A stretch of 64,000 bases of DNA from NCBI RefSeq assembly GCF_009914755.1, contig NC_060926.1, one strand, 5' to 3'. The DNA is from the human T2T-CHM13v2.0 reference genome, Homo sapiens. Position numbers and translations under genes: made by a program. Positions 33,244 through 51,285 of the stretch are shown one piece after another; positions within the stretch are counted from its first letter, which is position 1; every line of letters begins with the position of its first letter. The notes under the pieces were generated by a model, which saw nothing but the letters and a program-made list of their open reading frames with translations, was not told the origin of the DNA and searched no databases.

Positions 33244-35520
33244 AACTCACAGCTCTCATGAAAAGTTTGTGAACCCCACCAGATGATCAATCTCCATTAC
33301 ATTTTGATTAAAAATGACAACGCAGATTAGTCCATGTTCTTGAATCCATCCATCAGATTTGACTTGGGCCTACTTTCCAAAACTCAAATGCATCCTCAAT
33401 GGGCACTTACAGTCCTAAGAAGACTCCAAAGCCTCTGCCATCTTAAGCTGCCAAGGCCACTCTCAGAGGCTTCCGAGCATAGAGAACCACCAAAGTGAGC
33501 GTGTAATTCCCTAAGGCCACCACAGTGAGTCCCTGCTCATCAGGATGTGCAAGCTCCCAAATGTCTGTTTAAAAACCAGACATGCTGTCTTAATACTCAT
33601 CCATCAGGAAAGACACAGGAATAAAACAGAGCTGCCCAGGAACCATGTGGATGGGTGGGGCAGGAGGGCATCCCTCACATCCCAACACAGGTCGGGGGTC
33701 TGATCTAAGTGCGATGGTCACAGCCCTGCCAATATGCAGGGCTTGCTCCTTCGCCTCTGCGCCCTCAGTGCCTGGGAGAGATGGAATCCACGGACCCTGT
33801 GCCACAGTCACCAGGTTACTTTGTGATCTCCTTCAAGGACACTCTCACAATTCTAGTGTGTGTAGAAATCATCAAGTGAATATGGCCTTTAACTCAAAGA
33901 ATGAATGTCTTACCCTGCAGGCTGGGCCCTTCCTGCCTGCCTCAAAACTGTCATATTCCTCTGTGCCCATGCCTTGGTGAACCTGGCAGACCCCGTTAGG
34001 AGGTACTGATTTCTGTCAGGCTTTCCCCAGTGTAGGCCTAGGAGGTGCAGGCTGGGTCCTATTGCATGGATGTAGGGAGCAACATGGTCACTCTCCCTTG
34101 ACAAAGCCTCCCTTGATCCCCAACCCTACCCCTAAGGTCACAGCAGCAGCCTCCCCACCCCAGACCAAGGCTAGCACAGCTTCTGCATAAAGGCTTCTCC
34201 CCTCTGCTTCTCCTGGCCACAGGGCCAGCAGCTAGCTCTGGAAGGAGGTCACAGCAGAGGCAGGCCAGGGGCAGAGGTGGAGGAGGCTGCAGAGGCTGAG
34301 CTCTTCCCCCTAAGGCCTCAGACAAGAAAGCACAGGAAGAGGGACCCAAGACCTGACTGTGCCAAGAAAATCCCCGCCCTGGGTTCTCAAATCCAAATGC
34401 AGAAACTGCAAACCAAGGGAAAAAATTGTTGTAAAAAAAACCAAGTTTTTTTTCTTTCCTAATAGCTAGTTCCAATGATGTTAATTACCCGCCCTGAGCT
34501 GAAATAACAGTAGACAAAGATAGAAGCTAGCCTCTGGTTTTACAAAGCCTTTGTACAAGTCCTCTCTGTCTTTTCTGTCCATGCCAGGGAAATGTATTGC
34601 TGGTGCTAGAGGGAGAGGAAACGTGGACGGCCAAGAACAGGGCGGCACAGTCCTCTGGGCTGGAGGCCTGTGTTCCTTCCCATAAGCAGGGCCTGTGGGG
34701 TGTATGGGGCAGAACATAGGCCTCCACACCAAACTGACAGCAGAGAAAAGCCAGGCAACCTGTTCAATCGCCCCAGCAGTGACCTGGGTTCTATGTGTGG
34801 GAGTGAACTGCTGCGGCCCTGGAGCGACTGCTCCCAGCCTTGGGGCTGATGTGGTCTAGAAGGACACCTCGCCACACAGTGGCAGGGCCAGGACCCTGGC
34901 CAGGCAGAGAGGTTGGGTGGGTGGAGGACTATGCTACGCTGTACTTGACTCAGGGAAGAAGTCTTGATGGGGACTCTTTGTGGACTCTGCCCCCAGGGGC
35001 TGGAGCAGCCGGAAGGAGCAGGCCTTGGGCAGCAGGCTCCACGTTCCTGCTCATCGGGAGCCCCCAGGAATCTTGTCTGTTGTCCCTGGCCACTCACAGC
35101 AAAAGAACCCCGCTTCCCTACTCTGGAGGTGCCTGGGGTCCCCAGCAGCAAAGCATGGCTTCCCCTTGGTCTTCTCAGTGAATCGTGAATCAGGACTTCT
35201 CCTTAGGGGTTATGCCACAGAGGCCTCCTGCAGCACAGGTGAAGCCCCAGCCATCTCAGGGGGACTCAGAAGACTTGGTAAACCTTGATAAAAATCCAGA
35301 GACAGGGAGGGGCAAGGATGAGCAACTCTGTCACTTTCCAGGTGAAGCTGGCCCAGCTCAGAGGCCCACTGCTTTCAGGCCCAAGGTCGCTGCTGTGCTC
35401 TGTACTGTCACTTGGAACTGCCCTGGATTCCAGTCTCCTGGTCCTCTCATGCAGAAGGCAGGCTGGGCCACGCCCTCACCAAGGGTCCTTGGAGCTGGGC
35501 AGATGGTGCCGGGGTAGCTG

Positions 35521-35685
<165 letters not shown>

Positions 35686-35980
35686 TTATGGGGCTGAACA
35701 CTGAAGTCTCGGGACTCAGGTGGGTCCTGAGTCTCTGAAGCTGATGGGATCACGAGGCAGCCCCCCTCTAGCACTTGAGAGGGGAAGGCCCTCTTCCTGT
35801 TCCTTCAAAGCGTAGAGGCAGCTGTCGTGTCTGCTGTTCAGCCCCCTCCAGCCGCCCCCGCTCCCCTCAGATCCCAAGATCCCACTGGTGTGCAAGGAAC
35901 CATGGAAAGATGCCCATGGGTGAGCCCGTGTGCCCAGAGTCGTCAGTAGAGGGGAGGCCAGGGCTCCTGCCCACGCACTA

Positions 35981-36286
<306 letters not shown>

Positions 36287-36691
36287 TCACGCTACTTAAC
36301 CCTTCCCCGTGGTCTGGGGCATCTTTCCCTGACCCCTGCATCCTGCTTCCCGCTTCCTTCCAGCAGCACAGGAAATGAGGATCTAACCGCACTGTTTTCA
36401 CTTGGGAACTGAAACCCCAAAGGCAGGATGGGGCCAAGTTATCAATCAGGAGCTTTCTCTAAGGCACCAGCAGATGAGACACCACTGAAGCGGTCTCAGT
36501 GATGGGAGACGTCACCTCTTCACAGATCTGCAGTCTCCTACAGGTGCACTCACTGCACGCATGCTGCAGTGCCTGCCTTAGTGCTGGACTGACTCGGTGC
36601 TGGACCGACACGGTCCTGACCCTCCTGCCGAGCCTTCTGGTGTCCTGGCTGGTGCCCAGACCTCGGGGTGTTATCTGCAAGCTCCCCTTAC

Positions 36692-36809
36692 CATACACGG
36701 CAAACACATCCTTGATCTCCTTCTCGATCACCCGCAGCGCGGCCTCAATGCCATACGTGTTGGCTATGGCGTGGATGTCGTTGGAGTAGAGGCGGCGCAG
36801 ATCCAGGAC
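36692..36809 (-). CDS. POLR1A: POLR1A coding exon (approx. exon 32), [24 protein letters not shown]...VY
   Basis: ctccag acceptor, gtaagg donor, 118 nt; SNDI and GIEAA motifs. Confidence 0.97.
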
Positions 36810-37646
36810 CTGGAGAGAGGAAGGAAGGGATTTATTTAGAGGGCCTGGCCTTCTGCTCCCTTCTGCCTGCGTATCTCCCCCTGGCCGCTCTCTCTCTCCT
36901 TGTGTCTGGCAGCTCGGTACAGCTGATGACAAAGTGGTCAAGAGGTGGCCCAGGATTAGCAGAAGGAAATGGCTAGGCAGAGCTGCTGACGGCTCGCTGG
37001 CCGGGGCCCAAGGTCTGTATCGTCATTACAAGAATCCAGCGTGTCCACTTTGGACACGCTTTAGATTCAATGGGAAGAAAAGGATTTTTTCTTCTTATTT
37101 TTAAACTGAGACCTGTTTACTAGGATTAAGGCTTCCCTTAGGAAGCAAGGAAAGTTCCCCTAGCAGCGACACATTACACACCCCTCCAGGGTGCATGGAG
37201 TGGGGGCCAGTCAGCCGCACAGGCATGTGCTGGGCCTTACCAAGGGGCCAAGGTGCGGCTGAGCTGTCTTGGAGGAGCCTCTCACCCTGCACTCTTGGCA
37301 GGTGCCAATCCTCCTTGCTCATCCTCTGGGAAGTGTTTGGTAAAAGGGTTCAGGGGAGCAGGAGACTTTGCAGGGTGGTCATTGGTGGGGGCAGAAGTGT
37401 ACGTGGCAGGGGGAGCTTTGCCAGCTTAGCATAGACTTGTTGGGGGGTTAGGCTAGAGGGCCCCAGTTCCTCAGTGTTCTGTGGGGGAAACCCAGAAAGT
37501 TCTGGGAGAGTTGGTGAAGTGGGAGTACTTGGAGACACAGCTCAAAGGACAGATGAGCTGGTGAGCAGGTGGGACAGGAATGCCAGGGCACCTCTACCCC
37601 TGGGACCCCCTTTACCAGATAAAGCAAACAGCATCTAGGCAGGTGA

Positions 37647-38000
<354 letters not shown>

Positions 38001-38295
38001 GAGGGTCTTAATTTCAAGGAAAAAACTCTACTCAAATTAACCCGGGCGACTCTGGGTTGGATAAGTTCAGCAGGGTGCTTTACTGGGGACCTGAATGAGG
38101 CTAACGTGCCCCAGAATCCCCGGGAGGCAGACGAGGACACGCACACTTGGTTTGGGGAATGTGGCCTGGAAGCACAAATGGCTCAGGAAGGGCCAGAGTA
38201 AATCGCGTAGAGCGACCCTCCCAGTGGCTGGGTCTTGAGACAACGTGGGGTGAGGACTAATGCTTTGTCCCAGGCCAGCAGACAGCCTGTCTTAC

Positions 38296-38496
38296 CTCTG
38301 CATACTTGAATAGCTCTGGGAGGTTGATTCCTTCTGTGTTTAGCACAAGCTCCTTCTCGTTCTTATTGTTGGTTGTTTCATTCAGGAGGCACCGAGTGAT
38401 GCCCTTGGTCGCATAGATGACGGCACCATGGGCCAAAGATACTACCAGGGAGCTCATGTCAAAGTTGATCTTCATCAGAGGGAGCTTCACTGTCAC
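38296..38496 (-). CDS. POLR1A: POLR1A coding exon (approx. exon 31), VTVKLPLMK...[14 protein letters not shown]
   Basis: ttgcag acceptor, gtaaga donor, 201 nt; TEGxN motif. Confidence 0.96.
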
Positions 38497-39102
38497 CTGC
38501 AAAAGGAGGGAGAGCTGGGTAGGGTGACAGCTACTCCAGTCCCCACAAAGAGGACTGAGGCGAGACTCCTTCAAAACCTTTTCAGGAACTCCCTGGCTGG
38601 GGGAAAGTGGTCCTGCTGGGCAAGCCAGCAGGTAGTCTGAACATTGGAGATGGCTGAACTGTGTACAGGTCAGCCATCTCCAGTCCCCCAGATTCAGGGG
38701 GAAACAGTGGGGTTGTTTTCACAGCTGTCGGTGACAACATTGAGATTCACATCCACTCTGCACTGCTCTTAATGTCCTTAAAGACCACAAGGCAGGGTAC
38801 ACGTTGTTTCACGCGTGCAATCCCATCAGTGGTTCTTGTTATTACCCCATCACTTGGGAACCACTGAACTGGATCAAAGGAAAGACAAAGCGTAAGTGTG
38901 TGCACATGTCTAGGCATCCAGATCATCCAGGCTTTAAGGGAACCATGAAATCCCTAAAAAGATGGTGGCAGGGGCTGTGTGTGTGGGGAACTGAAGTGTC
39001 CCTGCCTGAGGGCACGAACAGTGTCTCTACAACACGTGTGGTCCATGGTAACATATCTGTTGTACTGAAGATTAAAGGAGGTGGTGTATTTGAAAGTACC
39101 TA

Positions 39103-39762
<660 letters not shown>

Positions 39763-40020
39763 TCACTTGGGGACCCACCATCTACCTGGACTCTGCCTGT
39801 GGAACAAAGACCCCTGCAAAGCCTTGGCTGGCCTGGGCTACCTAGGCCCCACCTGCTCCACACTCCCGGCTCCTCTGCTCCGGCCTGGTTGGTCTTTCTT
39901 CTTCCTTTTGCCTTGAGAATGCCACCTCTCTGTCCCCCTGAGCCCCTCACAGAGGTGGAGCTCACCCTCACTCAGCCCTCACTGGTGTACCTGCTCACCG
40001 GTAAGTTCCCTCGGCCATTA

Positions 40021-40524
<504 letters not shown>

Positions 40525-41490
40525 CTAGTGCTCAGTGAATCCATCCATCCACCCACCAACCCATCCATCCATCCATGCCCCACCCTTCTAACCCCTTCTC
40601 CCATCCAGCCACCACCCTCCATCCACTGCCACCCAACCCAACCCGTCTACTGGCATCTACTCTGTCCAGTCCCAGAACCCAGGCCTCCTTCCCTTCAGTC
40701 TTCATCTTTACATGCACTACTTACTTGCAAAGTTTCATTCCCAAAAATTAAAAAAAAAAGTGCCAGGACTTGCTTTCTTAGAAGAAGATGGTGTCAAATA
40801 TTGTTCCAAATATTTTTGATCAAACCCAGTTGCAGGTGGGGATGAGAAGGAAGGGTTATCTTGTAGAATACTGAGTATCTCTTCCTTTCTCCTCCTGAAC
40901 TTGGCTCCTAGTTTTTTATACTCTCCTTCTGGGTGAATTAAGAATCAAGACCAGGCAGCATTCTAAAGATAGTCCACACCCGCTTGTGCTTGAGTGAGCT
41001 AGCAGGTGAACTCACGGAGCAGGAGAGACCTAGCATTTTCCCTGGTGTAGGCCAGCCCCTCATTTTAGGGGTGAGAAGACAGACCCAGAGAAGGGTGACA
41101 CAACTGAGACCACAGAGCTGGTTGGGGGTAGTCCCAGTCCACATCATCCCCAACCCAAGCAGGCTGGCTGCTGGCTCAGATGGCACCCAGGGACCTGCTC
41201 CCACACCACCCTCAGGTCTGGCCTGCTCCTGGGTCTCCTGGCAGATATCTGATTATTTATTCCTGGACTATTTTGCTCCTACTGGTTTTTTCCCTCTTCC
41301 CCTTTTTGTCACTGCAGCCCAACTTCTCTGCTTCCAGATACCTCTCTGGTCCCTGCCAGTGCCCTGGTGGGCCTCAGTTCATCTTGCCTGGGCAAGTCGA
41401 AGGCAGAGCCAAAGGAAACCGGAAAAAGAACTTTCAAAGGCTCAGCGCACGCCATGACCTCGAGTCCCTCCTCAGGATGAAGACCACTTA

Positions 41491-41985
<495 letters not shown>

Positions 41986-42889
41986 TCAGTGCACGAGATG
42001 GAGGCCCAGCCTCTCCTAGCCACTCACTTGTCCCTACCCGCTGTTTTGGAACCGTCTCTGGCGTATCAGGAACACCGGTTCCACAGTCCAACAGGCCTGG
42101 TCTCAATAGGTGCACTGCCACTCCCGGGGTATGAGTAGGACAGGCAGCTTCCTCAGCTTTAAGCCCCATTGTCTAGAAAATATGGGAATTACTACGTATT
42201 CTGCAATCTTGTTTGCTAATGATGAGAAACAACCCTATGTCTGATTCCTCTCACAGCGCCTGGCAGACTGCGTGCTTGGTGAAGGACAGTTGTAGGTGCC
42301 GCTGTGGTCGTCCTCTAACAAGGAAGGCAGAATCTACTGTAGGAGAGGGGAACCCCACCCAGGACTAGGACCTTCCCCTGCCCACAACCTGCAGCATCTC
42401 CAGAAGGTGGTGTTGCTCTGGCCAGAGAACTCCCTTGGTGTGGGAGCCCCGGCAATGTGACGAAAGAACGAGGACTTCGGAAGGGCTCATCAAAATTTCG
42501 AAGGGCAGAGATAACTTAGCTTGTGGCAATGAATCGTGTCAACAAGTTAGAACCACACCAATTTAAAAGAACCAACCTGAAGCTCAGAACCTGGCCCCCT
42601 GCCACTTCCTCCAGAGCCATCTATTTTTAGGGCCTCTTAGGATCCACCCTGTCCCCTCCATACCACTTCTTTCCTCATGTAACCCCCTGCCTGTCTTTTC
42701 CAACAGGCCAGAATAGCACACCAAAAAGGGCTGCTTGTGACTGTGAGAATCGGGTCCCTCACACATCCAGCCAGCCGTCCCACTTTCTCTGAGCGCCTAT
42801 ACTGTGCCCAGCATGTGCCAGCCCTGGTGGCAAAGCAAGGACGAAAAGACAGACTCCAGGCCCTCAAGGAGCTTAGAGTCTTCATTTGA

Positions 42890-43270
<381 letters not shown>

Positions 43271-46200
43271 CCCAATATTATTTTTTAACTTTTTAAAGGT
43301 GTACGTGGTTTGCCCTTGGCAGAAAAAAAAGCCCCCTCATCCATTAATCCAGAGAAGAGCTTGTTTACCAGGCACTGGGGACAGGAACAGGATAGCCAGA
43401 TGAGAGAAGGCCGGGCTTGACTTTAGAAAGATACAATCCCACTGGAAAGAGGGGGTGGGAGAGATGTTTCTGTAAGGACAGGTTCAGGTTAAAGTCCTGA
43501 CCTGCCACAGACTGGAGAGGAGGGCCTTGATCTCATCTGCAACATGGGATCACTCTCACTCTGCACCCGAGGCTACTGTGCAGAGCAGAGGAGATGGAAT
43601 GAGGCGGAGTGGGGGTGCGGGGCTCAGCTGCTGCCACACACAGGGCTGCTTCCCTCAGCTGGGCGCCCCAGCCTGTCTCAACTTGTGGCAATGTCACGGC
43701 TCTGATGCTTTTGCCCCCAGCATTTCACATCTGGCCTCAACTCTAACTGCCCATCTGCTCCCTCCACCCTGTGCACCCTTTGGGCCTTTGCTTGAGCGGC
43801 TCACTCTGCCAGTAACTTCCCTGGCCAATATCTACCTACTGAAGCTGTACTCATCCTTCAAGGCCAGGCCTCAGCAGCTGTAACTCCTCCAAGAAGCCCT
43901 CCCTGATTCCCCCAGTTGGGGATGCCTTCTGCCTTCCCTGCCTCTTTTGGTGACCAGGACTTGTGGAGAACGTAGGAGGGAAGGAGGTGAGAAGGCAGAA
44001 TGAATGGCTGGTGAGTAAGTGGTAGGCATGTGACCAGTGTGCCAGTTTTCCTGGAGGTGCAATTTGCCCTTCTATGGTTTTGCCAAGAGCAGGGGAACTA
44101 ACGGCCCACAGTGACTGCCTTCTCAAGGTTGTGCAGCTCACCTGAATGTAGCAACAGAAAGGGAACAGGAGGGGCAGGGGCAGAGAAGCCTCCCGTCCCA
44201 CGTAAATAATTACAAACAGAGCACATGACCCCTGGCGGTTTCTGAACGCGCCTGGCAACAGCTCCACCACCTGCTGTTTGGAAAGTCAGATTCACAGAAG
44301 CTACAATTACAGACTGTCAGCTGGGTCTTTTCATGGCTGGGGACCGGAGGCCAAAACTTACAGCCCCTAACTCCTAGCTCAGTGCTCTTTCCACTTCATC
44401 TCCCCTGCCACCTGCCAGACAATTTACACAAACAGCCCATGTGATGGGTGCCAGTGCAGAGATCTGGGGGGCCTTCTACGCTTGTATATCTCTACCTAGG
44501 GAACCATCTGTCTCGTGCTGTTTTTCTCCAGGCTCTGTCAAGGGTCTCATGACTCCACAGCTGGGAGAAGGGAGGGTGGGGGCAAAGAGAAAGAAAAAGA
44601 GGGTGGCAGAGAGGAAGGAAGGGGGAGGGATGGGAGAAAGGAAGGAGAAAAAGCTTCTTGGGGGTTGGCTGCTCTTTTGAAAGTGCACTCACACTTCCTC
44701 CCATTTCCTGTGGGCGGCCAGAGGCCTGAACACAGCTGCTCTGCTGCCTGGGGCCTGACAAAGGGAGTCCAGACCGCACCCAGCTCATCCACTGCCCCAT
44801 CTTTTAGCTCTGCCTAACCCCTCAGCCCCATTCTGCTGAGTCCTTGAGGCCACCTCCACCAAAAGCTACTGCGCATGGCTTTATTTATCACAGATTTTCA
44901 AGTTCACAAGCAAAACACAGGGAGGAGTTGAAAAAGTACTTCACGGCTGGGAACAAGCCAGGGCTGTCCCTCATCAGGAAGAAGTCTTAAAAAGTGATTT
45001 CCTATTTTCAATTCCATGAGGTAATATAAGTAAAAAGAACCCCAGCATGGGCTGGCGCCAGCCTCATGCCGACCTACCTGCTGGGCTGGCCTGGGCCTCC
45101 TGTGAACAGAACTGGGGCAAAACATCTAACTCCGTCCACCCTTAGTTATTCTCTAGAGGCCATGAAATCTGAATTCCCATTTCCCAGAAAACCACTGCCA
45201 GGCCAGCACAAACGCCCCCTGCACTTGGTAGTTATGTTCCTCGCTGTTAATTAAGGAGCTGGCAGGCGGGTGCACACAGCACTCCCCTGCCACTCTGCCC
45301 AGTGCCCAGATAGCACAGAGGACCACTCGACAGAAGGAATGTTCTCAGCCCAGGCTGGCACCAACGCAGGTGCTCCTGAGGCCCAGCCAACAACAACTTC
45401 ACCCAGGGCTCGTGAACTGGGGCAGGAAGCACCTGGCCAGTGACCCCCGTCCAAAGGACTGAGTTCACATCCAAGCTCCTCCACCCCAAGACCCACCATC
45501 CCAAATGCCACCTGCACAGAGGGCTGGCTCGAGGCCAGGCCCCATAAGGTGAGAGGGCAGAGGGCTGAGGGCAGAAAAGTCGTACTGTGTTGCCCACGCC
45601 TGCCCCTGTGACTCAGCGACGAATGGGCATGGCTCAGTATGTGTTTGTGGGATGGCTGAGTGCAGGGAGCTTTCTGCTTCTGCTCTGTCATTGCTTCTCT
45701 ATCTGAGCAGCTCCCAGAAGACCAAGAACTGGTCTAGATTAGAGGCAGTGGTCAGTGGCCTGTGGCCAGATCCTGCAACAGATGAGAACCATCTGGGCCT
45801 TACTGGGCTTTTAAAAACACATGAATTAGTTGCTGATGTTTAAAAGTCAGGAGACCTCAATTATATAAAAGCAAAGGCAAGTAAACAAGTGACCCAAGAA
45901 AGAAAAAAACGTAGGGGGTGGGAAGCTTGTTTTCTTTCTTTTTAAATCAAAAGATGTGGCCCCCCGGGCCTCCATTCCTGCATAGTAACAGGTGCCCCTT
46001 GAGACAGGTTCCACACTCTTCAGTCTGCCGGGGGCCTCCAAGCCTGCTTCACTGGCCTGTCACCTGCTGGGCTATGCAGCCTTTTTGTGTTCACACTTCA
46101 CCGTCTAGGGTTAGCTGGTGAGTCAAAAATGCTTCGTGGGCTCTTCCAGTCTTGCCCCAGTCCCCAAAAAGCCCATCCTCCTGCTCCCCGGAACTCAGCA

Positions 46201-46783
46201 TTGTGGCCTCTGCTTTTCAAATATCTAACAGTAACTTGAACTTGAGACAAAAGTTCCTTTTCCCTACTGGACAGGAACTCGGGACAGGAACTCGAATTTC
46301 TCTGGAGGCAATCCTGGTTATAGAATGGAGATCTAACAGCAGCGTGCCACCCGCACATTGTTCATTATTCACAGAATCTAAATGCATCAGGAACCACATT
46401 ATACTGCCTGCAGTAACACCCTAGCAAACATTAACAGCATGTGCTGCTCCGACACCACAGAAGCACCGCTTTGATGGTGCTCCCTTCTCTTTACCACACC
46501 CACATTTCCATGTCTTAATGCCTGCAAGCCCCAGAAGACAACAATCCTGACGTCAACCCAAGAGAAGAAATGGGCTCAGGGAGTGACGTGTGGCTAAGAA
46601 AGTCATACCCACAAGCCAGACTGTGGTCAGGTTTCCAGATCAGGCTGCAAGGCCCTCTGCTTCCTAAACACTTCCCTTGAAGGGCTCATTTGGGCAAAGG
46701 CACTCAATCTCTAGGAGCCTTGTGGCTAGGTGCTTCCTGCCCCAGTTCAAGCGCATTCTCTGGGTCAAGGTCAATGACAATCA

Positions 46784-47041
<258 letters not shown>

Positions 47042-47426
47042 TTACAGAGATAGCAGCTGAGACCACAGGCCAAACCCCAAAGAAACCCTGGTGAGCTATA
47101 CTGGTGTGGATCTGCTGGGGGGCCCACAGCCTGCAGTCACCTCCAGAGAGTGGCCTGAACCTCCTAGGAGTGGCCTCAGCAGAGCGGGTAGGCAAACTCA
47201 GGAAATGGTTTATTTTTCAGGCACAGGAGGATGCTGTGGAACTAATGACTCTCTTAAAAGCTTCCTGATCCATCTCTGCTCAGCACCTGGCAGAGACAGC
47301 TTATCTCTCATTGGTGGGAATCTGAGCCTAGGGTCAGAGCAGTAAGCAAAGCCTGTTCTTCACACATGGGGAGGATATAGGAACATGCCTTCACCCCGTC
47401 TGCAACCTGGGAAGGAGAGACGTTAC

Positions 47427-47562
47427 CTCCCCCAAGCACACCCTGGTGAGTTGCTTCTTCAGGCTTTTCACTCTCTTCAGGGCTTTCTTGGTGTTGAGCA
47501 CGGGCACGCTCATCATGGGTGTCTTGATGTTGGCGCTGGCCACCATGAGAATCTCCCGCAAC
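47427..47562 (-). CDS. POLR1A: POLR1A coding exon (approx. exon 26), [15 protein letters not shown]...CLGE
   Basis: tgacag acceptor, gtaacg donor, 136 nt. Confidence 0.96.
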
Positions 47563-48454
47563 CTGTCACAGAATAAGGGCACATCCAATCATGAGTGGCA
47601 ACCAGACCTTCTGTTTGGGTGCAGCTTCTCCTAATGATGTCAGAGTTCTTTTGGAATCTGAGAGAGGCCTGGGGATCTCACAGGGATAATATGCTAGATC
47701 AGAGAATCCCAGCTCTGGCCTCGTGTGCAACAGTAAGGGACTCCCCTGTCAGTTTCCTCCCTGGAGGGCCCACTCCTTGTGCTCAGGGCTTTGTCTGATT
47801 CTTGTTTCCTATCACCTGTGCCTTGCAAACAACAGGTGCCTGCTGACGCTTACTGAATGAACAAGCGATGCAGGGAAGGCAACTAGCACCCACAGTGCTC
47901 CTGCTGAGCTCAGCCAGCCCTCACTGCCTGGATGTATAGTGGGTCCCAGCCTCTGGCCTTCCACAGAAGGACCCCCTGAGGTTTGGAAAGTGAGGTACCT
48001 GTCCAGAGTCTTTCTGCTAGAAAAAGGCAGGGCCAGGGACTGAATGCAGATGGGTCTGACCCCACACTCATTCCCCTTGTCCAGCACATATATTTACCTG
48101 AAGGGCCAGGGCCCAGGGCCACGTGGGGGCACGTTCTATGTGAATGGCTCCCCTGGAGTTGGGCAACCAGGCACCTTGTGTGGGGCTTGTTAACAATGTA
48201 CGTTCCTGAGTCCTTCCCCCAGCAGTGTGCAGTCTCACAGGCATCCCCAGGAACGTGGATGCAGGAGTTGGCAGAGGAATAAATGGAGATCCTACCAGGC
48301 CTGGGCACCAAAGAAACCAGCTGGGCTCTGGAAATTCTAACCCTGATCCCCACTTTAATGAGACCCTGTCCCTCTCTCACACAGACACACTCTCTCATTC
48401 ACACACACTCACTCACCCCCTCTCATTAAATGGCCCCTTCTCCAGGAGAGGCTA

Positions 48455-48679
<225 letters not shown>

Positions 48680-49237
48680 TCAGGGTGGGGGTTGTGGCAG
48701 GGGTCAGGAGCAGACACCACAGACTGTCAATGCTGCCCGAAACCAGAAAACTGAAACCTCTACCTCTTTCTGGACTCGTTTTTCCTAGGCAAAAGATCCC
48801 TCTAATCTTCAAATTCCCACCAGTGACCCTGAGATGTCCTCAAATTACACAGCACAGATCCCAGCTGGGTGGCTGAAGCTCTAGACATTCATGCTTGGAC
48901 TCCTCATGTTTGCCCCCAGAATGTCACATATCCACTCTGGGACTGTTACCACAAGCCCCCTAAGCAGGAGAATTTCTGGGTTCATTATTCACTTTTTCCT
49001 TTATCCATTCTTTCTTCTCAATTATGACAATTTGGAGACAGTTTAAACCTCCTGCTATAAAAATTAGAAAGAGGTTCACTAGGCCATTATGGGGATGGGG
49101 GTGATGAGAGTGTTTATATTTTTAGTTAGTGCAAATGGCTGCAGACCACATCAGAAGTATTCATGCCGCACGATTCTGTAATTTACTAACCATTTTTCCT
49201 ATGAAGCCTGACCCTGTTAAGAACAGCCACTAGGAGC

Positions 49238-49247
49238 GCTGAGCTAC

Positions 49248-49288
<41 letters not shown>

Positions 49289-49553
49289 TGAGCTACAGTG
49301 TCTGTGTGTGTGTGTGTGTGCTGAGCTACAGTGTCTGTGTGTGTGTGTGTGTGTGTGCTGATCTACAGTGTCTGTGTGTGTGTGTGTGTGTCTGTCCTAG
49401 TCCAAGCTGAGGCCTTCAAATGGGAACCCAAAGCTCAAAGGTGTGTGTGTGTGTGCGCGCGCGCGCTGAGCTACAGTGTCTGTGTGTGTGTGTGTGTGTG
49501 TGTCTGTCCTAGTCCAAGCTGAGGCCTTCAAATGGGAACCCAAAGCTCAAAGG
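49238..49553. repeat. Compound (TG)n / minisatellite array
   Basis: Repeated gctgagctacagtgtct(gt)n units plus a duplicated unique block of about 52 bp. Confidence 0.92.
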
Positions 49554-49974
49554 ATTACTGGAGTAATCGGATCCAAGGCCTCATGAGAAGTTAAGACCTG
49601 GTGTCCCTGGGCATGAATGACCTGCCCTGGGTCACACGGTTGGCAGCAGGTGAACAGTGACCAGATTCCCTGACTCTCAGTCAGCCCCACCCACCACACC
49701 AAACCCAAGAGAGCAGACTTTCCTGCAAGCCTCCCAGCAGACCACTATCCCTATCTTGGCCCAGATGGGGGTGTCCACTCCTGCCTCCCTTGCACTTGTT
49801 CACTCCTGGGCCCTTGGGGCTTGTGCGTTGCCCCTGGCTGTCTTACTGCCCTCCCTCTAGCTGAAGTCTCAAACCCAGGAGGCAGCCCTCTTCCGGAGTG
49901 AGTAGGGCAGGGGCTAGGAGGCAGGGGCTAGGAGGCAGATTCTCCTGCACATGTTGTGCAACAAATCACTGTCA

Positions 49975-50355
<381 letters not shown>

Positions 50356-51018
50356 CTAGGGCACCCTGCTTGACTATAAGCCTAGCAGCTCTTCATCCTG
50401 GCCCATTCAAGCCCAGGGAGGGCAAGCATGTAATTTACTGAGCAAACTGGGCTTCTTTTAGAGTGAAACAGGAGACTGTTATGATTAGGCTAGGACAAGA
50501 GGCAAAGCCACGACTGTCTCAGGCCAGCTAGGATGCAGTCACTGTGCTGGATCCATGGTTATTTCTGGATCCAGGCTCTTTCACACGCTCTGTGCCCTCA
50601 AGGCTGTCCCAAAGTGACTGCTTCAAAGAGATCCCCTGCTTCCAGCTCCCAGGTGTGCTTGGCTGATGGGAGGCACCAGCAGCAGAGGGAAAGGCAGGAG
50701 GAAGGGGATCCTGGTATTTATCCTCAACCCCCCTCTAGTGGGTCTCTACCCAGGGCTCTGTCCAGTGGCCCTAGCACATAGTCGTCCTCTCCGTTTCTCA
50801 TGACTGCTCCCCATTCCTTCACACCTGGGATCGCGGGGAACCCCGAAGTCACAGGCCCCAGTTAGTCCCCCCAAACCCTGCCTACACCCTTGTTAAGAGT
50901 CCCCACCTTACATTCCCATTTGAGAGCCATTCTGTTCTGACTGACGGTGAACAAAGCTGGAGTTCATGATTCTACCTTCTCTTAGGAAAACAGCCCCTCA
51001 TCCCTCACCCACTGACTA

Positions 51019-51285
<267 letters not shown>

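Larger units (their letters stand above)
28315..35520 (-). other. POLR1A: Probable long (about 7.2 kb) POLR1A 3' UTR
   Basis: No canonical AATAAA near the stop. Minus-strand AATAAA seen at 32594-32599 and 28333-28338. Consistent with my recollection of a very long annotated 3' UTR; the end is approximate. Confidence 0.65.

Noticed and set aside
34420-34460. A-rich stretch on the minus strand as a possible mRNA end
   Set aside because: No canonical hexamer; could cause oligo-dT internal priming, so not called as a polyA site
49238-49553. Repeat-spacer appearance suggesting a CRISPR array
   Set aside because: Spacers are (TG)n rather than unique; eukaryotic intron; no cas genes
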